Of a stretch of 26,172 nucleotides of DNA, positions 9,774 through 19,030 are shown one piece after another. Source of the stretch: Xylographa opegraphella (Eukaryota); NCBI GenBank assembly GCA_022813865.1, contig JALDZX010000002.1:744001-770172 (forward strand), in the 5' to 3' direction. Every line of letters begins with the position of its first letter. Position 1 is the stretch's first letter. A program made the translations under genes and the position numbers. A model generated the notes under the pieces. That model was not told where the DNA came from, did no database searches, and saw nothing but the letters and a program-made list of their open reading frames with translations.

Positions 9774-12766
9774 ATGGCTTCCTTAGAAGTCATTTTCTTG
9801 TCGTCCTCACCCTCGCGCTCCTTAATCACAACGACACCACCTCGGGATTTCGATCATTTTCTAATGTCATCTTCGCCTAGCTTCCCATCTCCTTCACGAA
9901 TACTTCTCAATTCGCGCAGACCGAGCCTCCAAAGTGGAAGTGGGGCGAACGCGATCCCAACGGGTATTACAACAGGCTTCACACGAGCGTCTTGCTTGCT
10001 TGATCCAGATACTATACTCGATACTACTGCCATACCATTCCGTACAGGAGCTCAATTGGGCCAATCAAAACCGTTGCGAAGTCTAAGCCCACATGCAAGT
10101 GAAAGCACTGTTGCAGAAGCCATTCATGCTGTCGTCCCACCTGTCAAGAAACCGAGAGCTCGAAAGAAATCTAAAGATGCTCATGAGGAGGGTAAAATAA
10201 CGGCTACCGAGGAAAATCATGTAGCAAATGGAGCCAAGAACCCAGCGAAGACACCCCGGGTACGGAAGAGCAAAGATGTGGGTGGAAATAAGGATGATAC
10301 GGTTCGAGGAGATCCGGCGCCTAAGAAACCCCGAATCCGAAAGAGCAAGGATGGCGTTACTATTACAGCACTTACAACCGATGCTGTCTCGACCAAGAAG
10401 CCGCGAGCAAGGAAAAGCAAGGATGGTAGCACAGAAGTTGTTGCAGTCCCAGGAGATTTACCAGTGAAGAAGTCCCGGGTAAGAAAGAGCAAGGACGAGG
10501 GCCAAACAACAATCGTGAAAACAAGGATTGTGAAGCCATCGGCTGCTCAAGGGATTGAGGATGGGGTAAAGAGTAACATGACTGGGGCGCAGAAAGAGCT
10601 ATCGGCTTTGACGGAATCTATCTCAACGGAGACTTCGAATCCCATCATTATCTCGAACGAGCCGCTTGGCCTCGATGTATATATGCCAAGGAAGAGGGAC
10701 TGGACACCCCTCAGAGATGATGAGGGCTTGAACGCAGGCAAAATGGCTGAATCAGACAATGTTTTGCCGCAAAATACTGGAAATACTCCCAGTAACATTC
10801 CGGAAGCCTACATCTTTGCAACGCTTCATGGTGATTTTAGCTATGTTCAGCCCGATAGTCTTGGCTCTGCCACTGATGCACAACGGATGGTCACTGGAGA
10901 GGCATTTACCAAGAGACAAAAACTAGAGGTATACAGCGGTTGTATTCTACATGTATTCATGTGCTGACGCTCAAATAGCTTGTTGATATACCAGGTGGTC
11001 CACCAATAATCGTAAGACCCCAAAAGGGCAGTAAAGTCCCCAAGAGGAAACCGCAGACTATAACTGCAAAAGCAACGGAAGATTTTAGACCATTAGAACC
11101 TACTGCAACTTGCTCTCCAATCCTTCAATATCTAGCTCAGTCGTCACCAGAATTCAGTATCGGCGTGCCAGTCGCGGCGAATCAGAGCGACGATATGGCT
11201 AAAAAGCGAGCACACAAGGTACCAGTGAGACTGAAGAAGTTGAAAGGCGTAGAGATCAGGGCCAAAAAGTCTGATCCTGTCCTTTTGAGCCCTGAAGAAG
11301 CCATGCAAGCAACTAGAAATCAGGACTTCCTTTTCGGGACATCTAGTCAACTTATGCGCGAGGACTCTCCTACATTCGTTCGGGAGCTGCAAGCCGCTAT
11401 TGTGGCATCTGAGTCATTCGAGAACATAATTGATTCTAACGAAGAAACCCCAAAGCCAAGATTGTCCGCATCGAGTGTGTCAGAATTAACCGCTTCAAGA
11501 AAGTTATGGTCAGAAGCCGCTCGTGATTCTCGAGGAGAATTGCTTGATGTGGAAATGATAGATCTGGCCAATACACCCAGCGCACAACAGCCGTTGAAGA
11601 ATATTATTAACACAAAATCGTCCCGGACGGAGAATCGGGAATTACCGCCACCAGTAGGCGATGGAACTTGGAAATCGATCAACGACTTTGCGACCCCTGT
11701 GACGATTCAGACGGAAACTTCTCAAGAGGTCGTCAAGATAACGGGAAATAACGTCCATGACATCGTGAAATCGATACCACGCTGTATTGCTGAGGCAGCT
11801 TTACGGCCTCGTCCAAAGAGCCGGTCTCCCGTCAAGAAATCCAAGTTATCGACCACGTCGAACGAGCCTACTAGCGAGATGCCTCGCTTTCAAGCCTATA
11901 CAAACAATGAACTCAAGAATGCGGTATCTAGCCACGGTTTCAAAGCAATAAAGAGCAGGGGTGCTATGATTGTCCTGCTGGAAAGATGCTGGGAAGGCAA
12001 AAACAGACTTGCTCTCCAGTCCTTGACCCCGAATGCAAATTTACCAAACTTAGCTCCTGTTATTGATACAGTGGTTGCAGATAAATCCAATAAGAAACCT
12101 ATCGCGAAGCGGAAAGGGCGACGCTCAAAGTTCGATGGTGTTCCCACAGTGGAAGAAGTCCTGGCACAAACTAGGGTCGAACCCAGCGTTTCTCCTGCAA
12201 AGCCTCGAGGTAGGCCACGGAAGAATGCGACGCTTCCCGCGGCAAAACAAAACGTCACTGTGGGAGTGGACAACCCAGGGACCGAGCCATTACCAAAACC
12301 AACGACGCCCACGAAAGCAAAGCAAAAAACCAAGAAGCGGCCCAAAGACGACATCGAAGACCCAAACCCTCCACCCACTCCCTCGCCACCCCGCCGCCGC
12401 ACGCCGCTCTCTCCGCCTCAAGCACTCCCTCTCACCAACACCGTTCTCGCAACACCTAAGAAAGCACCAGCGAGCACAACTTTCTCCTCCCAGACTCATC
12501 CCGACCTCTTCGCCAAGATCACCGAGGCCGTGACCACCTTCCCACCCACCCACGACCCCAAGAATCTGACCTGGTACGAAAAGATCCTGCTGTACGACCC
12601 GATCGTGCTCGAGGACCTGGCCACGTGGCTGAATATCGAGGGGTTGGGCAGAGTGGGGGTCGATGAGGAGGTGCATCCCACTGCCGTGAGGGCGTGGTGC
12701 GATGAGAAGAGCGTTTGTTGCTTGTGGAGGCAGAGTGTGAGGGGGGGGTCGAGGAAACGGTACTAG
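9774..12766 (+). CDS. SLX4: Structure-specific endonuclease subunit SLX4, about 980 aa. Exons 9774..10928 and 10979..12766
   Basis: C-terminal Slx4 domain TWYEKILLYDPIVLEDLATWLN..GLGRVG...VRAWCDEKSVCCLWR. SAP-like segment MPRFQAYTNNELKNAVSSHGFKAIKSRGAMIVLLERCWE. Motifs LLSPEEA...QDFLFGTSSQL and KRKPQTITAKAT. Intron 10929..10978 (GTATAC...GCTGAC...TAG) joins the two ORFs in frame. Start taken at AAA ATG 9774. Confidence 0.93.
10146..10496 (+). repeat. Intragenic coding repeat in SLX4: five copies of the K(K/T)(P/S)RxRKSKD motif (first copy has one extra K)
   Basis: KSKD cores at 10167, 10266, 10341, 10413 and 10485 (spacing 99, 75, 72, 72 nt), with a DNA-level AAGAGCAAGGAT-like core. Confidence 0.85.
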
Positions 12767-13554
12767 GGATCGGTACTGGGAGGATGGAGATGGCTGGAAT
12801 GAGCGATGGGGTGGGTTTTGGGGTGTGGATAATGGGGCGTTGTCTGCTTGCTTGTGTATACATTGTTTTGGAGCGCTTTGGTAGGATGGGGGCTCGGTTC
12901 CCAATACAGAAGGGCTGGATAGTCATAGGAATAAGGATTACCTATGAGTCTTAGTCGACTTTGAAAAGGATACGAGAGCATCTTTCTCCTCGGTTTCCAA
13001 GTCGGGAATGCTGTTTTCGTGATGGATTCATCAACGCGACTAGAACTGCCCTGGGGGTAGGGAAAGCAGCAGTAGGAGCGGCGGAGAGTAAAATAGTGGG
13101 TGGCGTAAAGTAAATTGGGGGAGGGGTGCGTTGGTCTGCTGGGTGCGGAAGTCGGGTTCTGATAGAGATGGATAGAGGCAGGCGGATCAAATTTTGGTGT
13201 AGAGGGCTTCGGTGTGGGAGATGGGACACTTGCTGGTATGATAGACACGATGTACGATGTGGTTTGGATGAAGTTGGTGCTCAAGTTTAGAGGTTGATGG
13301 TATTTTACTTTTGGATACGCGAGCGATATAATACATTAGGGATTAAGTGGATTAGGAGCCATGGCAAATAGACAGCAGCAGGTAGCGACATTCAAGCTTG
13401 ACAGATCGCGTCAAAATCTATAGTACATAAATCGGACATCTGCGAGATGAAGCCATGTGAGAGGCGACTGGTAGCCCATTGAGAAGGGGGCAATAGTAAT
13501 GCCTACATTCCCCGAAACCTCCCACGGCGTATGATGTGCCAAGTCAACAACCCC

Positions 13555-14954
13555 TCAGACAGTAATAATCTTCCCATCTCTCCACAGCCCTTCCACAAGC
13601 GGCTTTCTTCCCGGTTTCCCATCCCTCGGCAACTCATTCAAGAACGCCCATCGCGCTCTCTCCTTGTACCCCTTTCGCTTCCAGTCTCCAATCTCCGCCC
13701 GCGGCTCGTCATTGAGCAACGGCAGCACATCCAGCAAAACGCCATCGTGCGCGATGCACACGAGGACATTCGGATCGGCATCGAACTCCGTCATGGCGCT
13801 GATGCTCGCCTCCGCTAATGCAGCTTCCATGTAAGCACTCACAGGATGGCTGCTGACACCGTAGTATGGGCTCGTGCGCGCCATTTCCTGATCTGGAGCC
13901 GCGGGGTGGAAGGACGTGAGCATGGAACATGGGCAAGGAGTAGGGAAATAACTATCCAGACCCGCGTTGTGAGATATAGGATCTGGGAGCTCAACTTGAG
14001 CGGAGGGTCTGAACATGCCCGAAAAGTGGCAGATGTCACCACCAAGGAAGATGAATGTGTCAGGGGTGGTTCTCACAAGGCCGCACATATGACCTTTCGC
14101 ATGCTGCTGGCTATTAGTATTGTAGACAGATTGTGACAGAAACGTACGCCTGGTGCATCCAGAAGAAAGAAGCTACCATCACCGAAGAAATCATGGGCAG
14201 GAAATTTGCCAAGTTTGAATGTAGCATCAAAGCTGATCTCTTGGATCGTTCGGCCCCTGCAAGGCTGTGAACAAGATGTCAAAGGAACTCGCGGAAAGGT
14301 AGCCAGGACACAAGTAATCAAAACTGGTATAACAGAGAAATAATATACCTCGTCTCCGATTCCAGGATGGGACTGTTAGGATTTTCTGGGTAGCCGGGCA
14401 TGAAGTGGTCCTGAAAGCCTGGCCCAACGACCAGGTTCACCTTCTGTGGGAATTGTGCCGCATCGCCACGGTGATCCCAATGCCAGTGGCTAAGGATGGG
14501 CCATTAGTCACCTTGTGCAGTTCGATCAGCCGGCTCTACAAACCTCCAGATGATCGAATCTGTGAGCACAAGACATAAGACATCATTGCCTGTTACTTAG
14601 CAGGCGTGTAAACCTACCAAGTTTCTCAAGATCATACTCCGCTTCTTTTAGTATCTCGTCGACCCCCTTTGCTACTCGTAAACCGGGTATGATGTCTCGC
14701 AACATCTGCTTCACCACAGGTGGGAAATTCCAAAAGTCCTTCCGCGATCCGCAGTCGAACAAAACTGATCTTCCGAGGCTTTTGTTCTCGAGAAGGAAGC
14801 ATAAGGTGGGTAGATTGAGGTTCTCGTGGCCGGGAATGATAGGCGTCACAAAGCCTTCGGCAGAACAGAGCAGGTCGGCGGTAGTGTTGATAGCTTTGAT
14901 ATTGATTATTGACGTTGAGGGAGGAATGCTCTCCGTCGGGAGGGGGAAGCTCAT
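13555..14954 (-). CDS. Metallo-beta-lactamase-fold hydrolase (fungal AHL-lactonase/lactamase-like group), 383 aa. Exons 14954..14618, 14559..14544, 14489..14349, 14256..14148, 14103..13555
   Basis: Splicing via a 16-nt micro-exon builds SIIWSHWHWDHRGD (HxHxDH). Also LFDCGSRKD, VVGPGF...PGYP, [31 protein letters not shown] and IAHD. All four introns are GT-AG and frame-consistent. Confidence 0.9.
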
Positions 14955-15585
14955 GGCAGACTGCAAATTGTATCACGAGGAGCTTGCTAGAATTGTTGTG
15001 GCTTCCGTCTAATTTGTGAGATCAGTGGCTCGGGTTTGATGAGTGTTCAGTCTCGTACTCCGTAGTAGCATGACAAGCTTCAATCATCAGAATAACATGA
15101 GTAGCAAATTTCCCGGGACGTGATATTAATGCAATTCAAGATACCCAGCGATACAAGACCGATAGATGCAGCAACGATTACTGGCATTTCTGGGGCAGCC
15201 ATCATGGGGTCAACTGCCATGGCGCATGTGGGGTTGTTCTGGACGTGGGGAACAAGGCGTCGAAACTCCGCATTTTCGGGTGAATCACACTCACTCTACA
15301 TTACTAGCCATAACATATGGAAACTTCCAACGCAGACCCAATGCATTACCGTTGGGTAATATCAAGATGCGCCCACAAGCGTGCAATAATATAGGCTATT
15401 GTGTGACACGCTTGTGCAAAGGAAGTTTTGTATCCTGTTCAAATTGGCCAGTCAGCCTTTGGAAGCCAATGGAATATTATCTCATCCACCATGGCTACTT
15501 TGCGGCGAGGTTGGTCTAGATCTGATTTGCCAGATATTACAAGAGCTGGAGGCGGCCTCCGGGAAGAGAATTATATTTTCCATTG

Positions 15586-17640
15586 CTAAAGTGCGGCATC
15601 CTGGTTCTGAAGTACATATTCTATCGAGATGGCATCTTCGTGCCTACGGAAAATCAGTGAGTTCCCTTCGACAACCACCTCTTCGCCTTCTCTCATCCTA
15701 TCTATGTCCACAATCAATGGTAGCGGATCATCCTTTTGTTCATCCAATGGTAGAAGCTTGATGCCAATGCTGTAGCGCAACTTCGAGGTCTCAGGGCTGG
15801 CTGAGCTCAGAAGAAGGTTAATGTTGGAAGTTCCAGCATAGAAACTAGGCCCCAATGGAGATAATGTCGTATTCACTGGGTCGCCGCGTCGAAGTTCAGT
15901 AAAGTTTCGGTGATCATTGCTCCTGTTGCGATGGTGCGGTGCACTGAGCGACTTGCTGCTTGACGCTGGCGGCGTCATGTTGCACGAGGTCCGAGAATCA
16001 GTTGCAGGGGCTATAATTTTGACAGAATGTTGGTTTTGTGATGAGCTTGCTGTCCTTTTCGAGGAACTTATGGAGTTTTTATCTGCATTCTTCGATGGCA
16101 ATGTAATGTCTTCCTGTTTCGAGTGATTTTCAGCTGCGTTAGGCAACAACTCTCTTTCACTCATGTCACGGTCCCTTCTCTTCGACAACCTGCTTATGAT
16201 AGACCAGACAACGGATTCAAGGACGATGCTTTCGTTTGGATATTGATACAGTCTCGTTCTACCCGATTGAAGAGCTACGTCTGCTATTCTCGTCACTTCT
16301 GTCTCAAACTTGCATACGACGGATATAATGTGATACGCTTGAGCTGTATCGAGTTCATGAAAGACCTGGGGGAGTGCCCATTTTTCATATGCTCGTCCAT
16401 GCGAGTTTGCAATGAAGAATTTGCCGTGATATCCGAAGAAGAGGTTGCAAAGAAAGCATGCTTTCTTGCTAGATAAGATCACTCTTGGTGGCAATTTGCT
16501 GCGATGAAGTTCGTAATAAGCTAGAAGCTGTATTTCCGCATGAACGGGGTACTTCGAGCAATCCAAGCACCGTAATTGAGACTGCAAGGTCCTGTACTGT
16601 TTTATTTGGGCAAGAAGTTCCCGTGTTCCCGGGGCTCCATTGTTGAGTAGAGCTGTCTTATTATCAACCACTCTTTGGATTCTTGCCACCACACCATTAC
16701 TTTGAGAATCCTCGGTGGTCTTTATCGTTTTTGTGTCCGCCGCGTACTTGGTAACCTCCACTGTGATGGCTTTGAAGATGGTATACTTACGCGTTGCTTG
16801 AAGGAGCTCTTGAGGAATGGTATAGTAATAGCCTAGCTTAGAAATAGTTTTCAATATTACCGAAACGGTATCAGGGCCGATACCTGGGAGGCTGCTCAGG
16901 GCTTCGGCAAAGGGGAAATCCGCGGCAATGTGATGGGCAAATTCTGTTATCATCAGCAACGTATCGCTACCTTCTTGGGCCTCGGCTTGTGTCTGGGACA
17001 TGATTTCCAATTCCAGATTAACCCTAAGCTTTGATCCGAGTGTACAGATCTTGTCGTGTATTTAGTATGGTAGGCGAAGGTGTAAGCATCATCTGCTCGG
17101 CCAGCTTCATCATCCATGGTGCTAGTTTCCGTTTAGCTTCTTTCTTCTTCTTGATTCTGGCATGCCTCGATCTCAGCCGAGCAAGTATGCGGTTCTGGTT
17201 GAGGGCCACAATCTGTCTGCGTAGGGTTTTCAAATGTTGAGCCAGATGTACGTTGTCTGGCAATCTTCAGTCCCCATACCTCGTACTGATGAGTACTCAC
17301 TTAAAGCGACCGCATTTTCTAGGGTGGCTTTCATGACATTGAAGCCTGCTTGGACCTGATCGAGGTTACCGTGGTTAACTGCCAACCTGATGACCATGAC
17401 CTGCCCGTTCTTCTTTTCTTCTACGCAAAGTGCAATCACTTTACGGGGATCATCAGAAGAGGCAGCCCAGAAAGTCAAAATCTCAACAAGCCGCCTCTCG
17501 TGCACCAAAGATAATACTCTATTAGGACTGCAAGCATGACAAGCGGCATAGCGATCGATCGAGTTTTCTAAAGGTGGCACTGGCGTTTCATTGAGCGCTT
17601 GCAAGATAAAAATATTCTGTGCCAGGCGAAGCTGTTCCAT
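15586..17640 (-). CDS. OTT_1508-like nucleic-acid/nucleotide deaminase, about 670 aa, interrupted by one frameshift near 17024-17032 (possible pseudogene). Exons 17640..17301 and 17256..15586
   Basis: Catalytic VHAEIQLL (HAE 16542-16534) and SSKKACFLC (Cys 16458 and 16449), followed by SHGRAYEKWALP. Typical fungal N-terminal segments LSLVHERRLVEILTFWAASSDDPRKVIALCVEE...IRLAVN and RILARLRS. Intron 17300..17257 (GTGAGT...CAG). Exon 2 hits TAG at 17026-17024 and the protein continues in the +1 frame. Confidence 0.78.
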
Positions 17641-19030
17641 ATCTTACAAGGATCCGTGACGCCCAACGCACGAAGGTTCTTCGTAATGCTCTATGAACTA
17701 GACAGCATAGGCCACGTCGAGCTTGTACATGTCCGCGACGATCACGTAGAAAGTGAGATTGAAAGAAGCATAGCACACCGTTACCGAGGAGAGAAAATGT
17801 AGCGCCTCTTCGTGGGACTGTCTATCGAGAGTCTGTCTGTGAATGGAATGCACGCTAAAGGCAACTGCTGATGAAGAGACAGATACCTGGTTAGAACATG
17901 CTCGAACAAATCAACTGTGAACAGTCGTGATTAGACCATAGTTTCCTCCACTCCGTGGTTATGGCATTGCGGGACTAGCAACTGCTCAATGTGTAACATT
18001 GAGCTCTAGCCGAGTTGGGGCTCGGCATCATGATATGACAGCAACGAAATTCTAGTATCAAGCATCGAAAGCCTACCTTCGGATTTTGACCGCTGTGACT
18101 TAATGCCGGATTGGAATTTGTGGGATCCGTCAAAAGGGTACTCCTGCAATGATGCCAATATTTGCCACATCAAGCCCGCGAAATTCAGAACTGAGGAAAT
18201 CGAAGTGAAGCTGACGCAACCCCATTCGAGGTTCGCTCCTGCAGTTAATGTATACCGGCGGGCGTCTTCACGCAGTATCGGTACCTGCTTGAATCTGGCC
18301 TACTGAGATATACTGCTGATGTAGAACTTGAGTGGGAGTTTTAGGAGGGAAAGTCTCGTAAGCAAGTCACAACTTGATGAAGTCGCTCATACCTCCCCTT
18401 CTTGAAGCTGTGGCCCATAATATACGGGTGGCCATTGACCGCAAGGGGGAGATTGACTACGCAGCCGCGCCAGCGGACTTTGATCCTTGGACTTAGATCC
18501 TTGGACAGTTCCTCGATTCATCCAGTTGCTCCAAGTCACAATAATGACGTCTGTACCTTTGTCTTGTAAGTGTGAGGCCGGTCTTGTCCCAGTGTTGTGA
18601 ACATTCGCTCACTTTACATAGACGGATGATAGCTGGTCAGATTCCTACTATCCGTAAAGTGCTCATCTCCGTCCTTGGTGACGACAATGTGCGTGACATT
18701 CGAATGGACCGTACAGAGCTAGCTCCTAGCACTTACAGCGGTGTTTGCAGTGTTTGCATCGAGGTGGCTGAGAGCTAGGACTTAGGTCCTACTAGTGCCG
18801 AAGCGATACCCTCAGGTACCCAAAGCTGCAGCTGGATCGATAAGCCTGGTGTATTGTTACTCTTCAGATTTTGCACATACAGTACATATTATTCGATTTT
18901 GCTACATATCTTAGGCGCCGTTATGATATCGTTAGAGACAGTCGTATTGGTGGCATTTGGCGTCGCTCCATAGTACTTCAGGTTCAACAACTCCTTAGCC
19001 TGCAACGGTCGTTATTCATCCACCATAATC

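Noticed and set aside
17800..19000. Short ORFs and an 11-bp duplication (GATCCTTGGAC, 18482-18506) between the deaminase and actin genes
   Set aside because: No recognisable protein motifs or transposon termini; treated as divergent promoter/intergenic DNA.
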